Assembly (NCBI GenBank): GCA_964388035.1 | Contig: CAYLZE010000005.1 | Location: 3,742 to 67,741, forward strand | Direction: 5' to 3' | DNA from: an uncultured archaeon | GTDB taxonomy: Archaea > Asgardarchaeota > Lokiarchaeia > Sigyniarchaeales > SOKP01 | Length of the DNA stretch: 64,000 nt | In this document: positions 50,059-60,920 of the stretch, piece by piece | Layout: every line of letters begins with the position of its first letter | How positions within the stretch are numbered: the first letter of the stretch is position 1 | Made by a program: the position numbers and the translations under genes | The notes under the pieces: generated by a model | Databases searched by the model: none | What the model was told of the DNA's origin: nothing | What the model saw: the letters and a program-made list of their open reading frames with translations, nothing else

Positions 50059-52014
50059 TTGATCATAATGGTTAAAAAAGACACCCGGTTTTTAAGTGAA
50101 ACGGGTAAGGTTTTAATGTTAGGAAATGAAGCTTTAGTAAGGGGAAGCCTCGAAGCGGGTGTTTCCTATGTTTCTCAATATCCGGGAACCCCCACGAGCG
50201 ATATAGGTGAGTATTTTCATCAAATATTGCGGGACCAACCCGAAGTAAAAGAATACATAGTTCATCAATGGGCAGTTAACGAAGCTGTAGCAACATCTTC
50301 TTGTGCGGGTGCAGCGTGGACGGGATGTCGCAGTTTGAATCCCATGAAACACGTGGGACTAAACGTTGCCAGCGATGCATTGAGTGTAATTGCTCTCAAT
50401 GGACCTAATCCTGGCGGAATGGTAATCGTAGTTGGAAGTGATCCCGGTTCTTTAGGGTCCCATCAAGAACAGAATGAGCGTTTTTATGGTTGGATGCTTC
50501 ATCTTCCCAAAATTGAACCCCACACGCCCCAAGAATGCAAAGATTGGATTAAATTAGCTTTTGATCTTTCTGAAAAGCATGATTTGGTCATTGATTTTCG
50601 AACATCCACGAGAAGTGCCCATTCCAGGGGCTTCGTGGAACTTGGTCCTTTGAAAAGAGGCAAATCAAAAGGAGAATTTGTTCGAAACATCCCTAAGTAT
50701 AATTCCTTGCCCCCTCATGCCATTAACAATCATAAAAGGTTATATGAACGAATAGAAAAGTTAAGAAACGAAATTCCTTCTCTCAATCTCAATAAGATCC
50801 TTCCCGGAGATAATAGGACGGGTATTATCACCAGCGGAATACCGTATGGATACACTTTAGAAGCTCTTAATCAATTATCATTAGATGATGTACCGGTCTT
50901 AAAATTAGGAATGATTTATCCCTTGAATTATAAAGAAATTTTGGATTTCATGCAGGATTTGGACCGAGTCATAATAATCGAAGAATTGGAACCTTTTTTG
51001 GAAGTGAAGCTTGCTGAAATTGCTCAAAAAGAAAGGATTAACTTGAAAATAATAGGAAAAGAATTTTTTCCATCATATGATGAATTTTCCACGGGATTAG
51101 TCGCTTCTTGCTTAGCAAAGATATTTGAGAAAAAACCCAATGAACAAATGCGCATTGCCACGGAATTATTTGATGAATATAAGAAAATTATACCCAGTCG
51201 CTTTCCTACCTTCTGTGCTGGGTGCCCAGAACGGGCTACCCTTTATTCCATACTTAAAGCCACGGACAATTTAACCAATACCGTGGTATGTGGGGACATC
51301 GGATGTTATGTCATGTCCTTTTTTCCGCCTCAAGAATGCTCAGATTTAATCATCTGCATGTCGGGGGGATTAAGTGCTGCGATTGGAATGTCTACCAAGA
51401 CAGATCAAAAAGTTCTCGCCATGATCGGTGATTCTACCTTTTTTCACACCGGAATGAGTCCTCTGGCAGAAGCCGTTGGATACAATTCCAACGTTCTCTT
51501 GATCATTTTTGAAAATTCTTGGACCGCTATGACGGGACATCAAAACGATGTACTCCGCTATTTAAATACCCAAGGATTTTCAATTGAAAAAATCTGTAAA
51601 GCAATTGGAGTACAATGGTTAAAAGTAGAAGACTCCTATAATCCAAAGAGGTTAACCAAGACGATTGAAAGTGCTTTAGAATCAAAGGGGCTTAAGGTTA
51701 TAATAATAAAAAGAGAATGCGGTTTACAAGCCCATAGATGGCGCATGAGCCAGATTCGTGAATTAGAATCCCAAAATAAGAAATATCAAGAAGTAATATA
51801 TCAAATATATGGATGCCAAGTCTGCCATGAATGCAGCAGAATCCTTAGCTGTCCTGCAATTAGACGAGTTACGGTAGACGGGAGAGAAACCATGCAAATT
51901 GACCAAGACAGATGCATTAAATGTGGCGTTTGCTATGAGATCTGCCCCAATAAAGCCATTCATAAATCTACTATCAATGCATTGGAAGAAGAGGTGCCTT
52001 TTCGTGAAATTTAA
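50059..52014 (+). CDS. iorA: Indolepyruvate:ferredoxin oxidoreductase subunit alpha
   Basis: LGNEA, YPGTP, KHVGLNVASD, FCAGCP, GDIGC, GDSTFFH, C-terminal ferredoxin. Confidence 0.92.
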   Translation: MIIMVKKDTRFLSETGKVLMLGNEALVRGSLEAGVSYVSQYPGTPTSDIGEYFHQILRDQPEVKEYIVHQWAVNEAVATSSCAGAAWTGCRSLNPMKHVGLNVASDALSVIALNGPNPGGMVIVVGSDPGSLGSHQEQNERFYGWMLHLPKIEPHTPQECKDWIKLAFDLSEKHDLVIDFRTSTRSAHSRGFVELGPLKRGKSKGEFVRNIPKYNSLPPHAINNHKRLYERIEKLRNEIPSLNLNKILPGDNRTGIITSGIPYGYTLEALNQLSLDDVPVLKLGMIYPLNYKEILDFMQDLDRVIIIEELEPFLEVKLAEIAQKERINLKIIGKEFFPSYDEFSTGLVASCLAKIFEKKPNEQMRIATELFDEYKKIIPSRFPTFCAGCPERATLYSILKATDNLTNTVVCGDIGCYVMSFFPPQECSDLIICMSGGLSAAIGMSTKTDQKVLAMIGDSTFFHTGMSPLAEAVGYNSNVLLIIFENSWTAMTGHQNDVLRYLNTQGFSIEKICKAIGVQWLKVEDSYNPKRLTKTIESALESKGLKVIIIKRECGLQAHRWRMSQIRELESQNKKYQEVIYQIYGCQVCHECSRILSCPAIRRVTVDGRETMQIDQDRCIKCGVCYEICPNKAIHKSTINALEEEVPFREI

Positions 52015-52072
52015 GGAAAATAAAATATTATTAAACATGGTGTCTGGCTTGTCGAAGGTGAGTAGTTAATTC

Positions 52073-52723
52073 ATGACGTCTAATCAAAATGATATTGTAA
52101 ATTTAGTTATCGCTGGTACTGCAGGTCAAGGGGTCATTACCCTTAAACGATTAATAGAATTTGCTGCTCAGAAGGCGGGCGTGGATCGAATCTTCGGCAG
52201 TGAGATGCATGGGTTAGCGCAACGCGAAGGCTCCATTACCAGCCATACCAGGTATCAGATGAAAATTTTTGCTAATGAGAGAAAAAATCTACAATCGCCC
52301 TTGATCAGTTATGGAGATGCTGATTTATTCATATGCCTTGAGCCCGTGGAAGCCTTGAGAAGAGGAATATATGCTTCCCATAAAACCATGTTTGTATTGA
52401 ATGAACGCACCATCCCTCCCATCTTGATCACGGCAGATTTGGAAGAATATCCTCCGTTAGAAAAAATAGGTTCGATTCTGGGCAAGTATTCATCCCAAGT
52501 TTATTTCATGAATGCCACGGATTTAGCTTTAAAATTTTTCAGTTCGAATCAAATGGTCAATATCATCATGTTAGGGTTTGCAATTGCGACGGATAAACTG
52601 CCCTTCATAAAAATTGAACATTACGAACAAGTTATTGAAGAATGGCTCCGAGATCCCGATGATAACATTAAAGCATTGCACATGGGGATTGAAAAAGGAA
52701 AGGAAATCGTTAATTCTTTTTAA
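52073..52723 (+). CDS. iorB: Indolepyruvate oxidoreductase subunit beta
   Basis: GTAGQG, EMHGLAQREG, NIIMLG. Confidence 0.9.
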   Translation: MTSNQNDIVNLVIAGTAGQGVITLKRLIEFAAQKAGVDRIFGSEMHGLAQREGSITSHTRYQMKIFANERKNLQSPLISYGDADLFICLEPVEALRRGIYASHKTMFVLNERTIPPILITADLEEYPPLEKIGSILGKYSSQVYFMNATDLALKFFSSNQMVNIIMLGFAIATDKLPFIKIEHYEQVIEEWLRDPDDNIKALHMGIEKGKEIVNSF

Positions 52724-52829
52724 TCTCTCGATTTAAAAGAGAATAAATTGCGATAATAGAAAAAAAGAGAGGTTTTCTTCTAGTAATTTTACTGTGAATT
52801 ATTTAGTAATTATTGATTAGTAATCTTCT

Positions 52830-53354
52830 TCATGCTCTTTTGATAACTTTCACTAAACCCTTATCCCGTAATTTATCCATCATTTTTTCGATTTCTTCCA
52901 GGCTTTTTTTAGCAATTTCCGCCACTTGCTCTATGGTATTCATGCCATCACATATTTTTAACACGACATATTCATCTTGGGTTATCATGCCTAAATTTAC
53001 GCTCATGACGGGGATATCTTTAACTACAATAGGGATGCGCACTTCTCCACTGGGAGTGGCGGCTTCAAATTCTTCCATGCTGGGGGATTCACCAAAAAAA
53101 CTCTTCACTCCCGTCACGTTAAAATCTTGATTAATATATACGTACAAGGTATGCTCCTTAACCGAGGGATCATCAGGATCCTCAAGATCAGGATACGGAT
53201 TCACGTGAGAATATTCCTTGGTGTAAATGCCTGTTTCTAATCCGTTAAGGATCTCGTCCTTATCAACCCTAATCTCAATATGCTCCTTGCAAATATCGCA
53301 CCATGTCCATATTTGTACAAATCGGAAATAATTTTTTACTTTATTCTCTGGCAT
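52830..53354 (-). CDS. Conserved Asgard protein with C-terminal winged helix
   Basis: CDIC..H..H candidate Zn site; CDGMNTIEQVAEI..LRDKGLVKV. Confidence 0.6.
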   Translation of the reverse strand: MPENKVKNYFRFVQIWTWCDICKEHIEIRVDKDEILNGLETGIYTKEYSHVNPYPDLEDPDDPSVKEHTLYVYINQDFNVTGVKSFFGESPSMEEFEAATPSGEVRIPIVVKDIPVMSVNLGMITQDEYVVLKICDGMNTIEQVAEIAKKSLEEIEKMMDKLRDKGLVKVIKRA

Positions 53355-53595
53355 TAAAAAGACCTACTTTATAATTAAATATTTTCCCTTAAAGACTGAG
53401 GAAATGTTAAATAAATTTAAAATGAATATTACAACCTATATACAACATATGATACTTTAGAATTTAAAGATTTGTTGAAAATGGAAAGAATGGTCATGAA
53501 AATGGAACTATCTCTTGAATTTTTGGTAGACGAAAAAAATTAAAGTCATCAAAAATTAGAATCACTAATATTATCATTTAGTAATAGCTGAAATA

Positions 53596-53769
53596 ATGTC
53601 AGTAAAAAAGAACACGTGCTTATCTTGTGGTCATCCGATCGCCCCATATGAAAATGCTGTTCATTTTCCCTGTCCAAATTGTGGAGATGTTACTATATGG
53701 CGTTGTGAGCGCTGTAGGATCATGGGGAAAACGTATAAATGTTTGAAATGCGATTTTGAAGGACCATAA
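53596..53769 (+). CDS. Zn-ribbon RNA-binding protein (DUF1610/HVO_2753-like), not in the ORF track
   Basis: [38 protein letters not shown]; sits upstream of EF-1beta, as is usual in archaea. Confidence 0.9.
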   Translation: MSVKKNTCLSCGHPIAPYENAVHFPCPNCGDVTIWRCERCRIMGKTYKCLKCDFEGP

Positions 53770-53807
53770 TTGCGTGAAAGTCACAATAATAAAAGGAGTT
53801 GCAAGTA

Positions 53808-54074
53808 ATGGGAGAATATATGGCTTTAATCGATATGATCCCCGAGGATATTGATACCGATTTCGATGTGCTTATCGAAGAGGTGAAAAAAGTGATTCCC
53901 GAGTCTTGCACGCTCGAGCGCCATGATATCATGCCAGTGGCGTTTGGCTTGAAGAAAGTAAGGCTCCGGATACGCTATCCCGAAGAATGGGGAGGAACCG
54001 AAAAATTAGAAGAATATTTGAACACTATAGAAGGGTTACAGGGAGTAGAAGCTATTGCTTTTTCGAAAGCTTGA
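53808..54074 (+). CDS. ef1b: Translation elongation factor 1-beta
   Basis: PVAFGLKKV, GGTEKLEE; AGGAG SD upstream of ATG 53808. Confidence 0.9.
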   Translation: MGEYMALIDMIPEDIDTDFDVLIEEVKKVIPESCTLERHDIMPVAFGLKKVRLRIRYPEEWGGTEKLEEYLNTIEGLQGVEAIAFSKA

Positions 54075-54338
54075 ATGATTGAGGGCTTTCTTATTCCCAA
54101 TTTAGTTGCTAAATTTTTATGGAATTAAAAATGAACGCTTTTCTTTTTCCTTTTTCAATATCATGTATTTTTAGACCTTTTTAAAAGAAGAATCTTTTTA
54201 TTAAGGGTTAGAGATTTTATTTCGGATGAATAAATAGATTTTAAAATTCATGCTGTTTAATAGCTAAAAATTACAAGAATTCTGGAGCAAAATGAAGGTA
54301 AAAGCAAAGAAATAATATAATATTAAATATTCAAATGT

Positions 54339-55130
54339 TTACAGTCTCTTTTTAAGTGTCTTTTTATGGATGAAGAAGGATAAGAAGAGAAATCCCAGCC
54401 CAAATCCAATCATCACTAGAAAATCAATTAAAAGTCCGTAAATACCAAATGCACTGGAATCACCTAATCCCACGTTAATCATATCAATGAAGTAAGAGAG
54501 AGGTGAAAGGAGAGTCACGGGAGTGATTGTAATCGGCTCAAAGAGAGGACTAATAAAAATGAGAGGAAATTTAATGACAGTAGTTAATATATTCACATAT
54601 CCCGGATTTTCCGTTGGAGGAGTGGAAAGAATGAGACTAAAGCTTGAAAAAGCAAGTGCTCCAATAAACATTCCGATTAGAACAATTATAAAACCTAAAG
54701 AAAAGGAAAGGGAGAAAATAATCATTCCTAAGAACAAGGGAACGAAAGAGAACATGAATCCATAGCTAAATGAACTCCAAACACATCCCAATAGAATAGT
54801 TTTAATTGAGATAGGACAGGTAATTAATCTCTCCAGCGTTTTTCTCATGGTTTCCCAGGGAAAAATTACGGGTCCTATGGAGGTGGAAGTCAAGAACAAG
54901 ACCATGGTTATTAGTCCAGAGATCATGTGGATCGGTTGAACTACTCGTCCGATGACAAAAGCAAAAAATAAGATCACGGGAAAAATTATTCCCTGCATCA
55001 GCACGGGGGGTTTATTGTAATAAATTCTGGTGTAAAGCCCTGAAATATAGAAGGATTTCCTAAATTGCGTCCAGAAATTTTGAATTTTTGAAATGTTTTC
55101 AAACATTGATTCTTCTTTAATCTTTTCCAC
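54339..55130 (-). CDS. ABC-2 type permease (copy 1)
   Basis: Multi-TM; TLERLITCPIS motif. Confidence 0.85.
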   Translation of the reverse strand: MEKIKEESMFENISKIQNFWTQFRKSFYISGLYTRIYYNKPPVLMQGIIFPVILFFAFVIGRVVQPIHMISGLITMVLFLTSTSIGPVIFPWETMRKTLERLITCPISIKTILLGCVWSSFSYGFMFSFVPLFLGMIIFSLSFSLGFIIVLIGMFIGALAFSSFSLILSTPPTENPGYVNILTTVIKFPLIFISPLFEPITITPVTLLSPLSYFIDMINVGLGDSSAFGIYGLLIDFLVMIGFGLGFLFLSFFIHKKTLKKRL

Positions 55131-56106
55131 CTCTTTCTATGATGGTTAAAAAAACTTCCTCTAGTTTTGGAATGTGGTTATTTATTTGTTTTATCTTTAA
55201 CTGGTTTCGAGTTGCAAATTCAACGATATTACACACGGCAATATCAATTTCTTTAACTATAACCTGATAACTATCTTCATCTTTTTGGATTTTTATCACC
55301 GAAGGCATGTTTTTTAATTCTTCTTCGTTAACCCTCCCTTCGAAATTTAGAATAATAGCTTGATATTCTTGGGTTAATCTGCGCAAGTTTGCAGGAGTAT
55401 CCAAGCTAATGATCTTGCCGTGATCGATGATGGCGATTCTATCACAGAGCTCATTGGCAACCTCCATGTCGTGCGTGGTTATAAAAATAGTCATTCCTTC
55501 ACTATTATATTCCTTTATTAATTGCTTTATAATTTTAGCACTTTGAACATCCAAGCCCGAAGTGGGTTCATCCAGAAATAAAATTTTCGGCCCGCTCATT
55601 AAGGCCATGCAAAGCAATAACCTCTGTTTCATCCCTTTTGAGTATTTTTTTGCCGTGAGGTTTTTTTTCTCGAACAATTCAAACTTTTTTAATAATTCTT
55701 CCGCTTTTTTATTCCTCTCTTTCTTTTCCATTCCATACAATGAACCTATGAATGTCAGATTTTGGATTCCCGACAATTCTAAATATACATTTGCCATTTC
55801 GGGAACGTTACCCGTGATTTGCTTTACCTGTATGGGATGTTGCCACATATCATTGCCAAATACATTAATTTTGCCCTTAGTAGGTTCTAAAACCCCCGTC
55901 AACATTCGAATCGTGGTGGTCTTTCCCGCTCCATTCGGACCCAGAAATCCAAATATCTCTCCCGTTTTTACTTCAAAATTAATATCATCCACAGCTCGAA
56001 TTGCCATTTTTGTGCCATCTGAAGGTTTTCCCCACTTCAATCCTTTTCTTTCTCGTTTTGGGGTATCAAAATACTTGCATAGACCGCTTACTTCAATCGC
56101 ATTCAC
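55117..56106 (-). CDS. ABC transporter ATP-binding protein (copy 1)
   Basis: GPNGAGKTT, YSKGMKQR, LDEPT. Confidence 0.92.
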   Translation of the reverse strand: MNAIEVSGLCKYFDTPKRERKGLKWGKPSDGTKMAIRAVDDINFEVKTGEIFGFLGPNGAGKTTTIRMLTGVLEPTKGKINVFGNDMWQHPIQVKQITGNVPEMANVYLELSGIQNLTFIGSLYGMEKKERNKKAEELLKKFELFEKKNLTAKKYSKGMKQRLLLCMALMSGPKILFLDEPTSGLDVQSAKIIKQLIKEYNSEGMTIFITTHDMEVANELCDRIAIIDHGKIISLDTPANLRRLTQEYQAIILNFEGRVNEEELKNMPSVIKIQKDEDSYQVIVKEIDIAVCNIVEFATRNQLKIKQINNHIPKLEEVFLTIIERGGKD

Positions 56107-56325
56107 TTAATTCACCAAGTAAATAAATGAAATTTTTTTATATATAATTTTAATATTTAATATACGATTATTCTTACTAGACATAACGCTAGATCAAGTT
56201 TATTCTTTTCTCAAAACATGTCTTTACAGAAATGTAGAATACATTTATAAAGTGATTACATTGAAATTAAGAGAATAAGATTTAATAAAATATAGAAAAA
56301 AAAAAGATATTTAAAATACCACTAG

Positions 56326-57117
56326 TTATAATCTTCTTTTAATTGTTATTTTATGGATGAAGAAGGATAAGAAAAGGAATCCAAAGCCAAATGCGATTAC
56401 TACCGCAAAATCGATTAATAAACCGAAATTACCAAATGCGCTAACCTCTCCAAATCCCACGTTAATGATATCAATGAAATAAGTTAAGGGCGAAAGTAAA
56501 GTAGCGGGAGTAATCGTTATTGGAGTGAAGAGAGGACTAATAAATATTAGGGGAAATTTAATTAGAACTGTTAAGAGCATGGTATTTCCGGGAGTGTCCG
56601 TTGGAGGAGTAGAGAGAATTAGACTGAAGCTTGAAAAGGCTAATGCACCGATAAACATTCCTATAATAATAATTACGAAACTGGGAGGAAAAGGAATAGA
56701 GAAAAAAATCATTCCTAAGAACAATGGTATAAAAGAGAAAGCAAATCCATAAACAAAAGAACTCCAAACGCATCCCATTAGGATTGTCTTTATCGAGATA
56801 GGACAGGTGATTAATCTCTCCAGCGTTTTTCTTCCGGTTTCCCAGGGGAAAATTACGGGTCCTATGGAGGTGGAAGTCAAGAACAGGACCATGGTTATTA
56901 ATCCAGAAACTATGTGAACTGGTTGAATCACTCTCCCAATAATGAAGGCAAAGAACAACATTATTGGGAATAATATTCCTTGGATCAGCACGGGAGGTTT
57001 ATTATAATAAATTCGAACATAAGTCATTGAAATATAGAACGACCTTTTTAATTGCATCCATAAACCTCGTAATTTTGAAATATTTTCAAACATTGATTCT
57101 TCTTTAATCTTTTCCAC
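56326..57117 (-). CDS. ABC-2 type permease (copy 2)
   Basis: Paralog of copy 1. Confidence 0.85.
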   Translation of the reverse strand: MEKIKEESMFENISKLRGLWMQLKRSFYISMTYVRIYYNKPPVLIQGILFPIMLFFAFIIGRVIQPVHIVSGLITMVLFLTSTSIGPVIFPWETGRKTLERLITCPISIKTILMGCVWSSFVYGFAFSFIPLFLGMIFFSIPFPPSFVIIIIGMFIGALAFSSFSLILSTPPTDTPGNTMLLTVLIKFPLIFISPLFTPITITPATLLSPLTYFIDIINVGFGEVSAFGNFGLLIDFAVVIAFGFGFLFLSFFIHKITIKRRL

Positions 57118-58093
57118 CTCTTTCTATGATGGTTAAAAAAACTTCCTCTAGTTTTGGAATGTGGTTATTTATTTGTTTTATCTTTAACTGGTTTCGAGTT
57201 GCAAATTCAACGATATTACACACGGCAATATCAATTTCTTTAACTATAACCTGATAACTATCTTCATCTTTTTGGATTTTTATCACCGAAGGCATGTTTT
57301 TTAATTCTTCTTCGTTAACCCTCCCTTCGAAATTTAGAATAATAGCTTGATATTCTTGGGTTAATCTGCGCAAGTTTGCAGGAGTATCCAAGCTAATGAT
57401 CTTGCCGTGATCGATGATGGCGATTCTATCACAGAGCTCATTGGCAACCTCCATGTCGTGCGTGGTTATAAAAATAGTCATTCCTTCACTATTATATTCC
57501 TTTATTAATTGCTTTATAATTTTAGCACTTTGAACATCCAAGCCCGAAGTGGGTTCATCCAGAAATAAAATTTTCGGCCCGCTCATTAAGGCCATGCAAA
57601 GCAATAACCTCTGTTTCATCCCTTTTGAGTATTTTTTTGCCGTGAGGTTTTTTTTCTCGAACAATTCAAACTTTTTTAATAATTCTTCCGCTTTTTTATT
57701 CCTCTCTTTCTTTTCCATTCCATACAATGAACCTATGAATGTCAGATTTTGGATTCCCGACAATTCTAAATATACATTTGCCATTTCGGGAACGTTACCC
57801 GTGATTTGCTTTACCTGTATGGGATGTTGCCACATATCATTGCCAAATACATTAATTTTGCCCTTAGTAGGTTCTAAAACCCCCGTCAACATTCGAATCG
57901 TGGTGGTCTTTCCCGCTCCATTCGGACCCAGAAATCCAAATATCTCTCCCGTTTTTACTTCAAAATTAATATCATCCACAGCTCGAATTGCCATTTTTGT
58001 ACCATCTGAAGCTTTTCCCCTCTTCAATCCTTTTCTTTCTCGTTTTGGGGTATCAAAATATTTGCATAAACTGCTTACTTCAATTGCATTCAC
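57104..58093 (-). CDS. ABC transporter ATP-binding protein (copy 2)
   Basis: Protein identical to copy 1 except 3 N-terminal residues. Confidence 0.92.
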   Translation of the reverse strand: MNAIEVSSLCKYFDTPKRERKGLKRGKASDGTKMAIRAVDDINFEVKTGEIFGFLGPNGAGKTTTIRMLTGVLEPTKGKINVFGNDMWQHPIQVKQITGNVPEMANVYLELSGIQNLTFIGSLYGMEKKERNKKAEELLKKFELFEKKNLTAKKYSKGMKQRLLLCMALMSGPKILFLDEPTSGLDVQSAKIIKQLIKEYNSEGMTIFITTHDMEVANELCDRIAIIDHGKIISLDTPANLRRLTQEYQAIILNFEGRVNEEELKNMPSVIKIQKDEDSYQVIVKEIDIAVCNIVEFATRNQLKIKQINNHIPKLEEVFLTIIERGGKD

Positions 58094-58307
58094 TCAATTC
58101 ACCAAAAACGTATAATAAAAATATATTAATAAGCTTAATGCTTAATTTCAGAATATATTTACTAAAAATATAATTTGGGAAATTTACTTTTTATCAATAC
58201 GTTGCTATATAAAAATTGCACAACTTGTTGTATTAGGGGTCTAAAAATCAATAAGAATAAGATTTGTTAAAATTTAAAAAAAAAATTAAGGAATCATAAA
58301 GATTTGG

Positions 58308-59096
58308 TTAATCCTTGAATCTCCTTTCTAATGTTTTTGCGTGAAGAAAAAAAGCCAGAAAAAGGAAAAATAGTCCAAAGGCACCTAAAATTGCTAAGTC
58401 AATCAAGATACCATGCATTCCAAAGATACTCGCATCTCCAAATCCTACATTAATTACATCGATAAAATAGGTTAATGGCGAAATAAATGCAGTAGGGGAT
58501 AGCATAATCGGCACGAATAGGGGACTAATGAAGATCAAGGGAAATTTAATGAGGATGGTCAACACCATGGTATTCCCGGGAGCATCCGTGGAAGGGACGG
58601 AAAAAAGAAGCCCAAAACTTGCAAACATCAATCCCGCTATCACCATTCCAATGAGAATTATGAACAAATTCATCGTTAAATATAAAGAACCAAAAATTAT
58701 CCCCAAGATGAGCGGAATGGATGAAAAAATGAGCCCGTGGATAAAAGAGCTCCACATGCTTCCTAACAAGATCGTCCTGATGGAAATAGGACATGTAATT
58801 AACCTTTCAAAGCTCTTGCTCATCGTCTCCCAGGGAAAGACAATCGGTCCTATGGCGGTGGAAGTTAAAAAGATAATCATTGCCATCATTCCAGAAACTA
58901 AATATCGCACTTGCACGCTTCTTCCGATGGTTAATGCTATGAAAAGGATGATGGGAAAGAGAATACCTTGAATCAGGACCGGGGGTTTATTGTAATATAT
59001 TTTAAGATCCTTTTTTGTAATTGCAAACGAGCGTTTTATTTGAGTAAAGAAACCTATTCCCTTTAATGGATCCATGCTCATTCTTTTTTCATCCAT
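58308..59096 (-). CDS. ABC-2 type permease (copy 3)
   Basis: More diverged paralog. Confidence 0.85.
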   Translation of the reverse strand: MDEKRMSMDPLKGIGFFTQIKRSFAITKKDLKIYYNKPPVLIQGILFPIILFIALTIGRSVQVRYLVSGMMAMIIFLTSTAIGPIVFPWETMSKSFERLITCPISIRTILLGSMWSSFIHGLIFSSIPLILGIIFGSLYLTMNLFIILIGMVIAGLMFASFGLLFSVPSTDAPGNTMVLTILIKFPLIFISPLFVPIMLSPTAFISPLTYFIDVINVGFGDASIFGMHGILIDLAILGAFGLFFLFLAFFLHAKTLERRFKD

Positions 59097-60087
59097 TTAC
59101 AACACCTCTTTCAAGAATTGTTAAAAATGCTTCTTCTAATTTCGGTTGGTGAGTGTTCAATTGTTTGATAATAATATTTTTTGACTTAACATAGTCAATA
59201 ATCTGGCATATAGATTCGGTGAGATTATCAACAATTACGCGAAATCCTTCGGGTATTACTTGCACTTCTTTCACGGCCGGGATATTTTTGACATCTTCTT
59301 CTTTCACACCATTCGCAAAGTAGACGTCGATAGCTTGAAATTCCTGTGTTAATCTTTTAATGTTTGCCGGGGTATCTAAACTGATTATCTTACCGTGACT
59401 GATGATAGCGATTCTATCACAGAGCTCATTAGCCACTTCCATGTCATGTGTGGTTATAAAAATGGTCATTCCACGTTCATTATATTGCTTTAATAATTGT
59501 TTTATTATTTTCGCGCTTTGAACATCCAATCCCGAGGTGGGTTCATCCAGAAATAGAATTTCCGGCTCGCTCATTAGTGCCATGCAGAGTAATAATCTTT
59601 GCTTCATTCCTTTTGAATACTTTTTAGTCTTGAGATGGCGTTTTTCATATAAGTCAAATTTTTTCAATAATTCTTCCCCCCTTTCCATTCTCCTTTTCTT
59701 CGGAATCCCATATAGTTCTCCCATGAATAAGAGATTCTCCCATCCCGTAAAGGAAATATATGCATTTGCCATTTCTGGGACATTACCCGTGATCTGTTTC
59801 ACTTGAAGTGGCTGTTTCCATGCATCCATTCCAAATATCTCTATTTTACCATGAGTCGGACGCAACACCCCCGTCATCATTCGAATGGTGGTAGTTTTTC
59901 CAGCCCCATTAGGTCCGAGGAACCCAAATATTTCCCCTCGTTCCACTTGAAAATTAATCCCATCTACAGCACGAATGATGTAATTTTCTCCATTTAAGGT
60001 ATTATTTGCTTTATTCCCCTTTTTTCGATTTATCTTCGATTTAAAATGCTTGGATAAATCTTTTACCATAATAGCCGTAGTGTTCAC
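59089..60087 (-). CDS. ABC transporter ATP-binding protein (copy 3)
   Basis: Walker A/B and signature motifs; diverged paralog. Confidence 0.92.
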   Translation of the reverse strand: MNTTAIMVKDLSKHFKSKINRKKGNKANNTLNGENYIIRAVDGINFQVERGEIFGFLGPNGAGKTTTIRMMTGVLRPTHGKIEIFGMDAWKQPLQVKQITGNVPEMANAYISFTGWENLLFMGELYGIPKKRRMERGEELLKKFDLYEKRHLKTKKYSKGMKQRLLLCMALMSEPEILFLDEPTSGLDVQSAKIIKQLLKQYNERGMTIFITTHDMEVANELCDRIAIISHGKIISLDTPANIKRLTQEFQAIDVYFANGVKEEDVKNIPAVKEVQVIPEGFRVIVDNLTESICQIIDYVKSKNIIIKQLNTHQPKLEEAFLTILERGVVNG

Positions 60088-60128
60088 TTTAATTACCTCT
60101 TGAGAATATTTTATTATTTACTTTATAT

Positions 60129-60290
60129 TCATTCCTCTTCCTTTTCTAGATGGACATGCTTGAATAGTTCATCAATAGATTGTTCACCGTGGCATTTTAT
60201 AATTTGATTTATCGAACATCCATTAGGATGTTTTTCCAAGATGTCAGGATGACTGCAGTCACATTCTTCCTTTTTAATTTTCATTTTCAT
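60129..60290 (-). CDS. Small Cys/His-rich protein (53 aa), not in the ORF track
   Basis: MKMKIKKEECDCSHPDILEKHPNGCSINQIIKCHGEQSIDELFKHVHLEKEEE*; AGGAG SD upstream. Confidence 0.7.
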   Translation of the reverse strand: MKMKIKKEECDCSHPDILEKHPNGCSINQIIKCHGEQSIDELFKHVHLEKEEE

Positions 60291-60342
60291 GTACTCTACA
60301 CTCCTTTTAATTTATTTTTTCCATTAATTTAATTATATTTAT

Positions 60343-60371
60343 CATTAGTTGAATATTAGGTTTAACCAATG
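60343..60371. promoter_or_regulatory. Imperfect palindrome, candidate ArsR operator in a divergent promoter
   Basis: CATTAGTTGAA-N7-TTTAACCAATG. Confidence 0.4.
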
Positions 60372-60482
60372 AAACTGCATATTTAAATATAACGAAAATT
60401 CTTTTCAATAGTTAAAAATAAAACCTAAAAATTTATTTACCAGAAGTAAATATACTAATTTGAATAGGAAAGGAATTAGACC

Positions 60483-60845
60483 ATGCCTCAAAAAATGAAA
60501 GAAATTAACCTCTCTGAAATTGATATATTTGTAAAAGCCCTGCATTGTCCCATTCGATGGGATATCATTGAAATTTTAAAAAACGGACCAAAAAGTTCAA
60601 AAGAAATATATGATATTCTTAAGGAAAAACCAACTGCTGAAAATTCTAATGATCCTAACTGTAAAGGAAAGTGTCACGATAATATATATCCTAATTTGAA
60701 GAAGCATTCTCTCTATTATCATTTACGGGAATTGGAAGCGGTAAAGATCATCGCATTGGATGAATTTAAGCCCAGTGAGGAGGGAAGGGCTCCTGAAAAG
60801 GTATGGAAATTGAACATGGATAAGATAGTGATTAATTTGAAATAA
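60483..60845 (+). CDS. ArsR-family transcriptional regulator
   Basis: KALHCPIRWDIIEIL, LYYHLRELE; Cys-rich insert CKGKCH. Confidence 0.8.
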   Translation: MPQKMKEINLSEIDIFVKALHCPIRWDIIEILKNGPKSSKEIYDILKEKPTAENSNDPNCKGKCHDNIYPNLKKHSLYYHLRELEAVKIIALDEFKPSEEGRAPEKVWKLNMDKIVINLK

Positions 60846-60920
60846 AGAGAGAGCTGGATACCCTTCTCCTTTCTGTCAAGAATCTCTTTTTAAATTTATT
60901 TGATTTGAAACGGAGGGATC

